Assembly: GCF_006345805.1 (NCBI RefSeq)
Contig: NC_042997.1
Location: 211,606,001-211,670,000 of the forward strand
DNA length: 64,000 bases
Direction of reading: 5' to 3'
DNA from: Octopus sinensis
Lineage: Eukaryota
Below the pieces are notes generated by a model that ran no database searches, was not told the DNA's origin, and saw only the letters and a program-made list of their open reading frames with translations. A program made the position numbers and the translations under genes. Of the stretch, positions 1 through 15,000 are shown in pieces. The stretch's first letter is position 1, and each line of letters opens with the position of its first letter.

Positions 1-3000
1 TTGATTGAAAAACATCAAAGATGATACAAATTTTCCGAAGGCAGCAAAAAGCCAAGTCAAAAATAGTTTTAAAGGATTAGAATCTTTTGATCAAGGTAAA
101 ATCTTTGTGAGAGTTTTTTTGAGTTTCATGTCATCTAAATGGCGAGATTAAAGGAACCGATGCTCTTTGGAATCGAAAACGAACCTCTCATATTTTTAAA
201 CATATGAGATAATTGATTGAAAAACATCAAAGATGATACAAATTTTCCGAAGGCAGCAAAAAGCCAAGTCAAAAATAGTTTTAAAGGATTAGAATCTTTT
301 GATCAAGGTAAAATCTTTGTGAGAGTTTTTTTGAGTTTCATGTCATCTAAATGGCGAGATTAAAGGAACCGATGCTCTTTGGAATCGAAAACGAACCTCT
401 CATATTTTTAAACATATGAGATAATTGATTGAAAAACATCAAAGATCATACAAATTTTCCGAAGGCAGCAAAAAGCCAAGTCAAAAATAGTTTTAAAGGA
501 TTAGAATCTTTTGATCAAGGTAAAATCTTTGTGAGAGTTTTTTTGAGTTTCATGTCATCTAAATGGCGAGATTAAAGGAACCGATGCTCTTTGGAATCGA
601 AAACGAACCTCTCATATTTTTAAACATATGAGATAATTGATTGAAAAACATCAAAGATGATACAAATTTTCCGAAGGCAGCAAAAAGCCAAGTCAAAAAT
701 AGTTTTAAAGGATTAGAATCTTTTGATCAAGGTAAAATCTTTGTGAGAGTTTTTTTGAGTTTCATGTCATCTAAATGGCGAGATTAAAGGAACCGATGCT
801 CTTTGGAATCGAAAACGAACCTCTCATATTTTTAAACATATGAGATAATTGATTGAAAAACATCAAAGATCATACAAATTTTCCGAAGGCAGCAAAAAGC
901 CAAGTCAAAAATAGTTTTAAAGGATTAGAATCTTTTGATCAAGGTAAAATCTTTGTGAGAGTTTTTTTGAGTTTCATGTCATCTAAATGGCGAGATTAAA
1001 GGAACCGATGCTCTTTGGAATCGAAAACGAACCTCTCATATTTTTAAACATATGAGATAATTGATTGAAAAACATCAAAGATCATACAAATTTTCCGAAG
1101 GCAGCAAAAAGCCAAGTCAAAAATAGTTTTAAAGGATTAGAATCTTTTGATCAAGGTAAAATCTTTGTGAGAGTTTTTTTGAGTTTCATGTCATCTAAAT
1201 GGCGAGATTAAAGGAACCGATGCTCTTTGGAATCGAAAACGAACCTCTCATATTTTTAAACATATGAGATAATTGATTGAAAAACATCAAAGATGATACA
1301 AATTTTCCGAAGGCAGCAAAAAGCCAAGTCAAAAATAGTTTTAAAGGATTAGAATCTTTTGATCAAGGTAAAATCTTTGTGAGAGTTTTTTTGAGTTTCA
1401 TGTCATCTAAATGGCGAGATTAAAGGAACCGATGCTCTTTGGAATCGAAAACGAACCTCTCATATTTTTAAACATATGAGATAATTGATTGAAAAACATC
1501 AAAGATCATACAAATTTTCCGAAGGCAGCAAAAAGCCAAGTCAAAAATAGTTTTAAAGGATTAGAATCTTTTGATCAAGGTAAAATCTTTGTGAGAGTTT
1601 TTTTGAGTTTCATGTCATCTAAATGGCGAGATTAAAGGAACCGATGCTCTTTGGAATCGAAAACGAACCTCTCATATTTTTAAACATATGAGATAATTGA
1701 TTGAAAAACATCAAAGATGATACAAATTTTCCGAAGGCAGCAAAAAGCCAAGTCAAAAATAGTTTTAAAGGATTAGAATCTTTTGATCAAGGTAAAATCT
1801 TTGTGAGAGTTTTTTTGAGTTTCATGTCATCTAAATGGCGAGATTAAAGGAACCGATGCTCTTTGGAATCGAAAACGAACCTCTCATATTTTAAACATAT
1901 GAGATAATTGATTGAAAAACATCAAAGATCATACAAATTTTCCGAAGGCAGCAAAAAGCCAAGTCAAAAATAGTTTTAAAGGATTAGAATCTTTTGATCA
2001 AGGTAAAATCTTTGTGAGAGTTTTTTTGAGTTTCATGTCATCTAAATGGCGAGATTAAAGGAACCGATGCTCTTTGGAATCGAAAACGAACCTCTCATAT
2101 TTTTAAACATATGAGATAATTGATTGAAAAACATCAAAGATGATACAAATTTTCCGAAGGCAGCAAAAAGCCAAGTCAAAAATAGTTTTAAAGGATTAGA
2201 ATCTTTTGATCAAGGTAAAATCTTTGTGAGAGTTTTTTTGAGTTTCATGTCATCTAAATGGCGAGATTAAAGGAACCGATGCTCTTTGGAATCGAAAACG
2301 AACCTCTCATATTTTTAAACATATGAGATAATTGATTGAAAAACATCAAAGATCATACAAATTTTCCGAAGGCAGCAAAAAGCCAAGTCAAAAATAGTTT
2401 TAAAGGATTAGAATCTTTTGATCAAGGTAAAATCTTTGTGAGAGTTTTTTTGAGTTTCATGTCATCTAAATGGCGAGATTAAAGGAACCGATGCTCTTTG
2501 GAATCGAAAACGAACCTCTCATATTTTTAAACATATGAGATAATTGATTGAAAAACATCAAAGATCATACAAATTTTCCGAAGGCAGCAAAAAGCCAAGT
2601 CAAAAATAGTTTTAAAGGATTAGAATCTTTTGATCAAGGTAAAATCTTTGTGAGAGTTTTTTTGAGTTTCATGTCATCTAAATGGCGAGATTAAAGGAAC
2701 CGATGCTCTTTGGAATCGAAAACGAACCTCTCATATTTTTAAACATATGAGATAATTGATTGAAAAACATCAAAGATGATACAAATTTTCCGAAGGCAGC
2801 AAAAAGCCAAGTCAAAAATAGTTTTAAAGGATTAGAATCTTTTGATCAAGGTAAAATCTTTGTGAGAGTTTTTTTGAGTTTCATGTCATCTAAATGGCGA
2901 GATTAAAGGAACCGATGCTCTTTGGAATCGAAAACGAACCTCTCATATTTTTAAACATATGAGATAATTGATTGAAAAACATCAAAGATCATACAAATTT

Positions 3001-6000
3001 TCCGAAGGCAGCAAAAAGCCAAGTCAAAAATAGTTTTAAAGGATTAGAATCTTTTGATCAAGGTAAAATCTTTGTGAGAGTTTTTTTGAGTTTCATGTCA
3101 TCTAAATGGCGAGATTAAAGGAACCGATGCTCTTTGGAATCGAAAACGAACCTCTCATATTTTTAAACATATGAGATAATTGATTGAAAAACATCAAAGA
3201 TGATACAAATTTTCCGAAGGCAGCAAAAAGCCAAGTCAAAAATAGTTTTAAAGGATTAGAATCTTTTGATCAAGGTAAAATCTTTGTGAGAGTTTTTTTG
3301 AGTTTCATGTCATCTAAATGGCGAGATTAAAGGAACCGATGCTCTTTGGAATCGAAAACGAACCTCTCATATTTTTAAACATATGAGATAATTGATTGAA
3401 AAACATCAAAGATGATACAAATTTTCCGAAGGCAGCAAAAAGCCAAGTCAAAAATAGTTTTAAAGGATTAGAATCTTTTGATCAAGGTAAAATCTTTGTG
3501 AGAGTTTTTTTGAGTTTCATGTCATCTAAATGGCGAGATTAAAGGAACCGATGCTCTTTGGAATCGAAAACGAACCTCTCATATTTTTAAACATATGAGA
3601 TAATTGATTGAAAAACATCAAAGATCATACAAATTTTCCGAAGGCAGCAAAAAGCCAAGTCAAAAATAGTTTTAAAGGATTAGAATCTTTTGATCAAGGT
3701 AAAATCTTTGTGAGAGTTTTTTTGAGTTTCATGTCATCTAAATGGCGAGATTAAAGGAACCGATGCTCTTTGGAATCGAAAACGAACCTCTCATATTTTT
3801 AAACATATGAGATAATTGATTGAAAAACATCAAAGATGATACAAATTTTCCGAAGGCAGCAAAAAGCCAAGTCAAAAATAGTTTTAAAGGATTAGAATCT
3901 TTTGATCAAGGTAAAATCTTTGTGAGAGTTTTTTTGAGTTTCATGTCATCTAAATGGCGAGATTAAAGGAACCGATGCTCTTTGGAATCGAAAACGAACC
4001 TCTCATATTTTTAAACATATGAGATAATTGATTGAAAAACATCAAAGATCATACAAATTTTCCGAAGGCAGCAAAAAGCCAAGTCAAAAATAGTTTTAAA
4101 GGATTAGAATCTTTTGATCAAGGTAAAATCTTTGTGAGAGTTTTTTTGAGTTTCATGTCATCTAAATGGCGAGATTAAAGGAACCGATGCTCTTTGGAAT
4201 CGAAAACGAACCTCTCATATTTTTAAACATATGAGATAATTGATTGAAAAACATCAAAGATGATACAAATTTTCCGAAGGCAGCAAAAAGCCAAGTCAAA
4301 AATAGTTTTAAAGGATTAGAATCTTTTGATCAAGGTAAAATCTTTGTGAGAGTTTTTTTGAGTTTCATGTCATCTAAATGGCGAGATTAAAGGAACCGAT
4401 GCTCTTTGGAATCGAAAACGAACCTCTCATATTTTTAAACATATGAGATAATTGATTGAAAAACATCAAAGATCATACAAATTTTCCGAAGGCAGCAAAA
4501 AGCCAAGTCAAAAATAGTTTTAAAGGATTAGAATCTTTTGATCAAGGTAAAATCTTTGTGAGAGTTTTTTTGAGTTTCATGTCATCTAAATGGCGAGATT
4601 AAAGGAACCGATGCTCTTTGGAATCGAAAACGAACCTCTCATATTTTTAAACATATGAGATAATTGATTGAAAAACATCAAAGATCATACAAATTTTCCG
4701 AAGGCAGCAAAAAGCCAAGTCAAAAATAGTTTTAAAGGATTAGAATCTTTTGATCAAGGTAAAATCTTTGTGAGAGTTTTTTTGAGTTTCATGTCATCTA
4801 AATGGCGAGATTAAAGGAACCGATGCTCTTTGGAATCGAAAACGAACCTCTCATATTTTTAAACATATGAGATAATTGATTGAAAAACATCAAAGATGAT
4901 ACAAATTTTCCGAAGGCAGCAAAAAGCCAAGTCAAAAATAGTTTTAAAGGATTAGAATCTTTTGATCAAGGTAAAATCTTTGTGAGAGTTTTTTTGAGTT
5001 TCATGTCATCTAAATGGCGAGATTAAAGGAACCGATGCTCTTTGGAATCGAAAACGAACCTCTCATATTTTTAAACATATGAGATAATTGATTGAAAAAC
5101 ATCAAAGATCATACAAATTTTCCGAAGGCAGCAAAAAGCCAAGTCAAAAATAGTTTTAAAGGATTAGAATCTTTTGATCAAGGTAAAATCTTTGTGAGAG
5201 TTTTTTTGAGTTTCATGTCATCTAAATGGCGAGATTAAAGGAACCGATGCTCTTTGGAATCGAAAACGAACCTCTCATATTTTTAAACATATGAGATAAT
5301 TGATTGAAAAACATCAAAGATGATACAAATTTTCCGAAGGCAGCAAAAAGCCAAGTCAAAAATAGTTTTAAAGGATTAGAATCTTTTGATCAAGGTAAAA
5401 TCTTTGTGAGAGTTTTTTTGAGTTTCATGTCATCTAAATGGCGAGATTAAAGGAACCGATGCTCTTTGGAATCGAAAACGAACCTCTCATATTTTTAAAC
5501 ATATGAGATAATTGATTGAAAAACATCAAAGATCATACAAATTTTCCGAAGGCAGCAAAAAGCCAAGTCAAAAATAGTTTTAAAGGATTAGAATCTTTTG
5601 ATCAAGGTAAAATCTTTGTGAGAGTTTTTTTGAGTTTCATGTCATCTAAATGGCGAGATTAAAGGAACCGATGCTCTTTGGAATCGAAAACGAACCTCTC
5701 ATATTTTTAAACATATGAGATAATTGATTGAAAAACATCAAAGATCATACAAATTTTCCGAAGGCAGCAAAAAGCCAAGTCAAAAATAGTTTTAAAGGAT
5801 TAGAATCTTTTGATCAAGGTAAAATCTTTGTGAGAGTTTTTTTGAGTTTCATGTCATCTAAATGGCGAGATTAAAGGAACCGATGCTCTTTGGAATCGAA
5901 AACGAACCTCTCATATTTTTAAACATATGAGATAATTGATTGAAAAACATCAAAGATCATACAAATTTTCCGAAGGCAGCAAAAAGCCAAGTCAAAAATA

Positions 6001-9000
6001 GTTTTAAAGGATTAGAATCTTTTGATCAAGGTAAAATCTTTGTGAGAGTTTTTTTGAGTTTCATGTCATCTAAATGGCGAGATTAAAGGAACCGATGCTC
6101 TTTGGAATCGAAAACGAACCTCTCATATTTTTAAACATATGAGATAATTGATTGAAAAACATCAAAGATCATACAAATTTTCCGAAGGCAGCAAAAAGCC
6201 AAGTCAAAAATAGTTTTAAAGGATTAGAATCTTTTGATCAAGGTAAAATCTTTGTGAGAGTTTTTTTGAGTTTCATGTCATCTAAATGGCGAGATTAAAG
6301 GAACCGATGCTCTTTGGAATCGAAAACGAACCTCTCATATTTTTAAACATATGAGATAATTGATTGAAAAACATCAAAGATGATACAAATTTTCCGAAGG
6401 CAGCAAAAAGCCAAGTCAAAAATAGTTTTAAAGGATTAGAATCTTTTGATCAAGGTAAAATCTTTGTGAGAGTTTTTTTGAGTTTCATGTCATCTAAATG
6501 GCGAGATTAAAGGAACCGATGCTCTTTGGAATCGAAAACGAACCTCTCATATTTTTAAACATATGAGATAATTGATTGAAAAACATCAAAGATCATACAA
6601 ATTTTCCGAAGGCAGCAAAAAGCCAAGTCAAAAATAGTTTTAAAGGATTAGAATCTTTTGATCAAGGTAAAATCTTTGTGAGAGTTTTTTTGAGTTTCAT
6701 GTCATCTAAATGGCGAGATTAAAGGAACCGATGCTCTTTGGAATCGAAAACGAACCTCTCATATTTTTAAACATATGAGATAATTGATTGAAAAACATCA
6801 AAGATCATACAAATTTTCCGAAGGCAGCAAAAAGCCAAGTCAAAAATAGTTTTAAAGGATTAGAATCTTTTGATCAAGGTAAAATCTTTGTGAGAGTTTT
6901 TTTGAGTTTCATGTCATCTAAATGGCGAGATTAAAGGAACCGATGCTCTTTGGAATCGAAAACGAACCTCTCATATTTTTAAACATATGAGATAATTGAT
7001 TGAAAAACATCAAAGATGATACAAATTTTCCGAAGGCAGCAAAAAGCCAAGTCAAAAATAGTTTTAAAGGATTAGAATCTTTTGATCAAGGTAAAATCTT
7101 TGTGAGAGTTTTTTTGAGTTTCATGTCATCTAAATGGCGAGATTAAAGGAACCGATGCTCTTTGGAATCGAAAACGAACCTCTCATATTTTTAAACATAT
7201 GAGATAATTGATTGAAAAACATCAAAGATGATACAAATTTTCCGAAGGCAGCAAAAAGCCAAGTCAAAAATAGTTTTAAAGGATTAGAATCTTTTGATCA
7301 AGGTAAAATCTTTGTGAGAGTTTTTTTGAGTTTCATGTCATCTAAATGGCGAGATTAAAGGAACCGATGCTCTTTGGAATCGAAAACGAACCTCTCATAT
7401 TTTTAAACATATGAGATAATTGATTGAAAAACATCAAAGATGATACAAATTTTCCGAAGGCAGCAAAAAGCCAAGTCAAAAATAGTTTTAAAGGATTAGA
7501 ATCTTTTGATCAAGGTAAAATCTTTGTGAGAGTTTTTTTGAGTTTCATGTCATCTAAATGGCGAGATTAAAGGAACCGATGCTCTTTGGAATCGAAAACG
7601 AACCTCTCATATTTTTAAACATATGAGATAATTGATTGAAAAACATCAAAGATGATACAAATTTTCCGAAGGCAGCAAAAAGCCAAGTCAAAAATAGTTT
7701 TAAAGGATTAGAATCTTTTGATCAAGGTAAAATCTTTGTGAGAGTTTTTTTGAGTTTCATGTCATCTAAATGGCGAGATTAAAGGAACCGATGCTCTTTG
7801 GAATCGAAAACGAACCTCTCATATTTTTAAACATATGAGATAATTGATTGAAAAACATCAAAGATCATACAAATTTTCCGAAGGCAGCAAAAAGCCAAGT
7901 CAAAAATAGTTTTAAAGGATTAGAATCTTTTGATCAAGGTAAAATCTTTGTGAGAGTTTTTTTGAGTTTCATGTCATCTAAATGGCGAGATTAAAGGAAC
8001 CGATGCTCTTTGGAATCGAAAACGAACCTCTCATATTTTTAAACATATGAGATAATTGATTGAAAAACATCAAAGATGATACAAATTTTCCGAAGGCAGC
8101 AAAAAGCCAAGTCAAAAATAGTTTTAAAGGATTAGAATCTTTTGATCAAGGTAAAATCTTTGTGAGAGTTTTTTTGAGTTTCATGTCATCTAAATGGCGA
8201 GATTAAAGGAACCGATGCTCTTTGGAATCGAAAACGAACCTCTCATATTTTTAAACATATGAGATAATTGATTGAAAAACATCAAAGATCATACAAATTT
8301 TCCGAAGGCAGCAAAAAGCCAAGTCAAAAATAGTTTTAAAGGATTAGAATCTTTTGATCAAGGTAAAATCTTTGTGAGAGTTTTTTTGAGTTTCATGTCA
8401 TCTAAATGGCGAGATTAAAGGAACCGATGCTCTTTGGAATCGAAAACGAACCTCTCATATTTTTAAACATATGAGATAATTGATTGAAAAACATCAAAGA
8501 TGATACAAATTTTCCGAAGGCAGCAAAAAGCCAAGTCAAAAATAGTTTTAAAGGATTAGAATCTTTTGATCAAGGTAAAATCTTTGTGAGAGTTTTTTTG
8601 AGTTTCATGTCATCTAAATGGCGAGATTAAAGGAACCGATGCTCTTTGGAATCGAAAACGAACCTCTCATATTTTTAAACATATGAGATAATTGATTGAA
8701 AAACATCAAAGATCATACAAATTTTCCGAAGGCAGCAAAAAGCCAAGTCAAAAATAGTTTTAAAGGATTAGAATCTTTTGATCAAGGTAAAATCTTTGTG
8801 AGAGTTTTTTTGAGTTTCATGTCATCTAAATGGCGAGATTAAAGGAACCGATGCTCTTTGGAATCGAAAACGAACCTCTCATATTTTTAAACATATGAGA
8901 TAATTGATTGAAAAACATCAAAGATCATACAAATTTTCCGAAGGCAGCAAAAAGCCAAGTCAAAAATAGTTTTAAAGGATTAGAATCTTTTGATCAAGGT

Positions 9001-12000
9001 AAAATCTTTGTGAGAGTTTTTTTGAGTTTCATGTCATCTAAATGGCGAGATTAAAGGAACCGATGCTCTTTGGAATCGAAAACGAACCTCTCATATTTTT
9101 AAACATATGAGATAATTGATTGAAAAACATCAAAGATCATACAAATTTTCCGAAGGCAGCAAAAAGCCAAGTCAAAAATAGTTTTAAAGGATTAGAATCT
9201 TTTGATCAAGGTAAAATCTTTGTGAGAGTTTTTTTGAGTTTCATGTCATCTAAATGGCGAGATTAAAGGAACCGATGCTCTTTGGAATCGAAAACGAACC
9301 TCTCATATTTTTAAACATATGAGATAATTGATTGAAAAACATCAAAGATGATACAAATTTTCCGAAGGCAGCAAAAAGCCAAGTCAAAAATAGTTTTAAA
9401 GGATTAGAATCTTTTGATCAAGGTAAAATCTTTGTGAGAGTTTTTTTGAGTTTCATGTCATCTAAATGGCGAGATTAAAGGAACCGATGCTCTTTGGAAT
9501 CGAAAACGAACCTCTCATATTTTTAAACATATGAGATAATTGATTGAAAAACATCAAAGATGATACAAATTTTCCGAAGGCAGCAAAAAGCCAAGTCAAA
9601 AATAGTTTTAAAGGATTAGAATCTTTTGATCAAGGTAAAATCTTTGTGAGAGTTTTTTTGAGTTTCATGTCATCTAAATGGCGAGATTAAAGGAACCGAT
9701 GCTCTTTGGAATCGAAAACGAACCTCTCATATTTTTAAACATATGAGATAATTGATTGAAAAACATCAAAGATGATACAAATTTTCCGAAGGCAGCAAAA
9801 AGCCAAGTCAAAAATAGTTTTAAAGGATTAGAATCTTTTGATCAAGGTAAAATCTTTGTGAGAGTTTTTTTGAGTTTCATGTCATCTAAATGGCGAGATT
9901 AAAGGAACCGATGCTCTTTGGAATCGAAAACGAACCTCTCATATTTTTAAACATATGAGATAATTGATTGAAAAACATCAAAGATCATACAAATTTTCCG
10001 AAGGCAGCAAAAAGCCAAGTCAAAAATAGTTTTAAAGGATTAGAATCTTTTGATCAAGGTAAAATCTTTGTGAGAGTTTTTTTGAGTTTCATGTCATCTA
10101 AATGGCGAGATTAAAGGAACCGATGCTCTTTGGAATCGAAAACGAACCTCTCATATTTTTAAACATATGAGATAATTGATTGAAAAACATCAAAGATCAT
10201 ACAAATTTTCCGAAGGCAGCAAAAAGCCAAGTCAAAAATAGTTTTAAAGGATTAGAATCTTTTGATCAAGGTAAAATCTTTGTGAGAGTTTTTTTGAGTT
10301 TCATGTCATCTAAATGGCGAGATTAAAGGAACCGATGCTCTTTGGAATCGAAAACGAACCTCTCATATTTTTAAACATATGAGATAATTGATTGAAAAAC
10401 ATCAAAGATCATACAAATTTTCCGAAGGCAGCAAAAAGCCAAGTCAAAAATAGTTTTAAAGGATTAGAATCTTTTGATCAAGGTAAAATCTTTGTGAGAG
10501 TTTTTTTGAGTTTCATGTCATCTAAATGGCGAGATTAAAGGAACCGATGCTCTTTGGAATCGAAAACGAACCTCTCATATTTTTAAACATATGAGATAAT
10601 TGATTGAAAAACATCAAAGATGATACAAATTTTCCGAAGGCAGCAAAAAGCCAAGTCAAAAATAGTTTTAAAGGATTAGAATCTTTTGATCAAGGTAAAA
10701 TCTTTGTGAGAGTTTTTTTGAGTTTCATGTCATCTAAATGGCGAGATTAAAGGAACCGATGCTCTTTGGAATCGAAAACGAACCTCTCATATTTTTAAAC
10801 ATATGAGATAATTGATTGAAAAACATCAAAGATGATACAAATTTTCCGAAGGCAGCAAAAAGCCAAGTCAAAAATAGTTTTAAAGGATTAGAATCTTTTG
10901 ATCAAGGTAAAATCTTTGTGAGAGTTTTTTTGAGTTTCATGTCATCTAAATGGCGAGATTAAAGGAACCGATGCTCTTTGGAATCGAAAACGAACCTCTC
11001 ATATTTTTAAACATATGAGATAATTGATTGAAAAACATCAAAGATGATACAAATTTTCCGAAGGCAGCAAAAAGCCAAGTCAAAAATAGTTTTAAAGGAT
11101 TAGAATCTTTTGATCAAGGTAAAATCTTTGTGAGAGTTTTTTTGAGTTTCATGTCATCTAAATGGCGAGATTAAAGGAACCGATGCTCTTTGGAATCGAA
11201 AACGAACCTCTCATATTTTTAAACATATGAGATAATTGATTGAAAAACATCAAAGATGATACAAATTTTCCGAAGGCAGCAAAAAGCCAAGTCAAAAATA
11301 GTTTTAAAGGATTAGAATCTTTTGATCAAGGTAAAATCTTTGTGAGAGTTTTTTTGAGTTTCATGTCATCTAAATGGCGAGATTAAAGGAACCGATGCTC
11401 TTTGGAATCGAAAACGAACCTCTCATATTTTTAAACATATGAGATAATTGATTGAAAAACATCAAAGATCATACAAATTTTCCGAAGGCAGCAAAAAGCC
11501 AAGTCAAAAATAGTTTTAAAGGATTAGAATCTTTTGATCAAGGTAAAATCTTTGTGAGAGTTTTTTTGAGTTTCATGTCATCTAAATGGCGAGATTAAAG
11601 GAACCGATGCTCTTTGGAATCGAAAACGAACCTCTCATATTTTTAAACATATGAGATAATTGATTGAAAAACATCAAAGATGATACAAATTTTCCGAAGG
11701 CAGCAAAAAGCCAAGTCAAAAATAGTTTTAAAGGATTAGAATCTTTTGATCAAGGTAAAATCTTTGTGAGAGTTTTTTTGAGTTTCATGTCATCTAAATG
11801 GCGAGATTAAAGGAACCGATGCTCTTTGGAATCGAAAACGAACCTCTCATATTTTTAAACATATGAGATAATTGATTGAAAAACATCAAAGATCATACAA
11901 ATTTTCCGAAGGCAGCAAAAAGCCAAGTCAAAAATAGTTTTAAAGGATTAGAATCTTTTGATCAAGGTAAAATCTTTGTGAGAGTTTTTTTGAGTTTCAT

Positions 12001-15000
12001 GTCATCTAAATGGCGAGATTAAAGGAACCGATGCTCTTTGGAATCGAAAACGAACCTCTCATATTTTTAAACATATGAGATAATTGATTGAAAAACATCA
12101 AAGATGATACAAATTTTCCGAAGGCAGCAAAAAGCCAAGTCAAAAATAGTTTTAAAGGATTAGAATCTTTTGATCAAGGTAAAATCTTTGTGAGAGTTTT
12201 TTTGAGTTTCATGTCATCTAAATGGCGAGATTAAAGGAACCGATGCTCTTTGGAATCGAAAACGAACCTCTCATATTTTTAAACATATGAGATAATTGAT
12301 TGAAAAACATCAAAGATGATACAAATTTTCCGAAGGCAGCAAAAAGCCAAGTCAAAAATAGTTTTAAAGGATTAGAATCTTTTGATCAAGGTAAAATCTT
12401 TGTGAGAGTTTTTTTGAGTTTCATGTCATCTAAATGGCGAGATTAAAGGAACCGATGCTCTTTGGAATCGAAAACGAACCTCTCATATTTTTAAACATAT
12501 GAGATAATTGATTGAAAAACATCAAAGATCATACAAATTTTCCGAAGGCAGCAAAAAGCCAAGTCAAAAATAGTTTTAAAGGATTAGAATCTTTTGATCA
12601 AGGTAAAATCTTTGTGAGAGTTTTTTTGAGTTTCATGTCATCTAAATGGCGAGATTAAAGGAACCGATGCTCTTTGGAATCGAAAACGAACCTCTCATAT
12701 TTTTAAACATATGAGATAATTGATTGAAAAACATCAAAGATGATACAAATTTTCCGAAGGCAGCAAAAAGCCAAGTCAAAAATAGTTTTAAAGGATTAGA
12801 ATCTTTTGATCAAGGTAAAATCTTTGTGAGAGTTTTTTTGAGTTTCATGTCATCTAAATGGCGAGATTAAAGGAACCGATGCTCTTTGGAATCGAAAACG
12901 AACCTCTCATATTTTTAAACATATGAGATAATTGATTGAAAAACATCAAAGATCATACAAATTTTCCGAAGGCAGCAAAAAGCCAAGTCAAAAATAGTTT
13001 TAAAGGATTAGAATCTTTTGATCAAGGTAAAATCTTTGTGAGAGTTTTTTTGAGTTTCATGTCATCTAAATGGCGAGATTAAAGGAACCGATGCTCTTTG
13101 GAATCGAAAACGAACCTCTCATATTTTAAACATAAGATAATTGATTGAAAAACATCAAAGATCATACAAATTTTCCGAAGGCAGCAAAAAGCCAAGTCAA
13201 AAATAGTTTTAAAGGATTAGAATCTTTTGATCAAGGTAAAATCTTTGTGAGAGTTTTTTTGAGTTTCATGTCATCTAAATGGCGAGATTAAAGGAACCGA
13301 TGCTCTTTGGAATCGAAAACGAACCTCTCATATTTTAAACATAAGATAATTGATTGAAAAACATCAAAGATCATACAAATTTTCCGAAGGCAGCAAAAAG
13401 CCAAGTCAAAAATAGTTTTAAAGGATTAGAATCTTTTGATCAAGGTAAAATCTTTGTGAGAGTTTTTTTGAGTTTCATGTCATCTAAATGGCGAGATTAA
13501 AGGAACCGATGCTCTTTGGAATCGAAAACGAACCTCTCATATTTTAAACATAAAAGATAATTGATTGAAAAACATCAAAGATCATACAAATTTTCCGAAG
13601 GCAGCAAAAAGCCAAGTCAAAAATAGTTTTAAAGGATTAGAATCTTTTGATCAAGGTAAAATCTTTGTGAGAGTTTTTTTGAGTTTCATGTCATCTAAAT
13701 GGCGAGATTAAAGGAACCGATGCTCTTTGGAATCGAAAACGAACCTCTCATATTTTAAACATAAGATAATTGATTGAAAAACATCAAAGATGATACAAAT
13801 TTTCCGAAGGCAGCAAAAAGCCAAGTCAAAAATAGTTTTAAAGGATTAGAATCTTTTGATCAAGGTAAAATCTTTGTGAGAGTTTTTTTGAGTTTCATGT
13901 CATCTAAATGGCGAGATTAAAGGAACCGATGCTCTTTGGAATCGAAAACGAACCTCTCATATTTTAAACATAAAAGATAATTGATTGAAAAACATCAAAG
14001 ATCATACAAATTTTCCGAAGGCAGCAAAAAGCCAAGTCAAAAATAGTTTTAAAGGATTAGAATCTTTTGATCAAGGTAAAATCTTTGTGAGAGTTTTTTT
14101 GAGTTTCATGTCATCTAAATGGCGAGATTAAAGGAACCGATGCTCTTTGGAATCGAAAACGAACCTCTCATATTTTAAACATATGAGATAATTGATTGAA
14201 AAACATCAAAGATCATACAAATTTTCCGAAGGCAGCAAAAAGCCAAGTCAAAAATAGTTTTAAAGGATTAGAATCTTTTGATCAAGGTAAAATCTTTGTG
14301 AGAGTTTTTTTGAGTTTCATGTCATCTAAATGGCGAGATTAAAGGAACCGATGCTCTTTGGAATCGAAAACGAACCTCTCATATTTTAAACATAAGATAA
14401 TTGATTGAAAAACATCAAAGATGATACAAATTTTCCGAAGGCAGCAAAAAGCCAAGTCAAAAATAGTTTTAAAGGATTAGAATCTTTTGATCAAGGTAAA
14501 ATCTTTGTGAGAGTTTTTTTGAGTTTCATGTCATCTAAATGGCGAGATTAAAGGAACCGATGCTCTTTGGAATCGAAAACGAACCTCTCATATTTTAAAC
14601 ATATGAGATAATTGATTGAAAAACATCAAAGATCATACAAATTTTCCGAAGGCAGCAAAAAGCCAAGTCAAAAATAGTTTTAAAGGATTAGAATCTTTTG
14701 ATCAAGGTAAAATCTTTGTGAGAGTTTTTTTGAGTTTCATGTCATCTAAATGGCGAGATTAAAGGAACCGATGCTCTTTGGAATCGAAAACGAACCTCTC
14801 ATATTTTTAAACATATGAGATAATTGATTGAAAAACATCAAAGATGATACAAATTTTCCGAAGGCAGCAAAAAGCCAAGTCAAAAATAGTTTTAAAGGAT
14901 TAGAATCTTTTGATCAAGGTAAAATCTTTGTGAGAGTTTTTTTGAGTTTCATGTCATCTAAATGGCGAGATTAAAGGAACCGATGCTCTTTGGAATCGAA

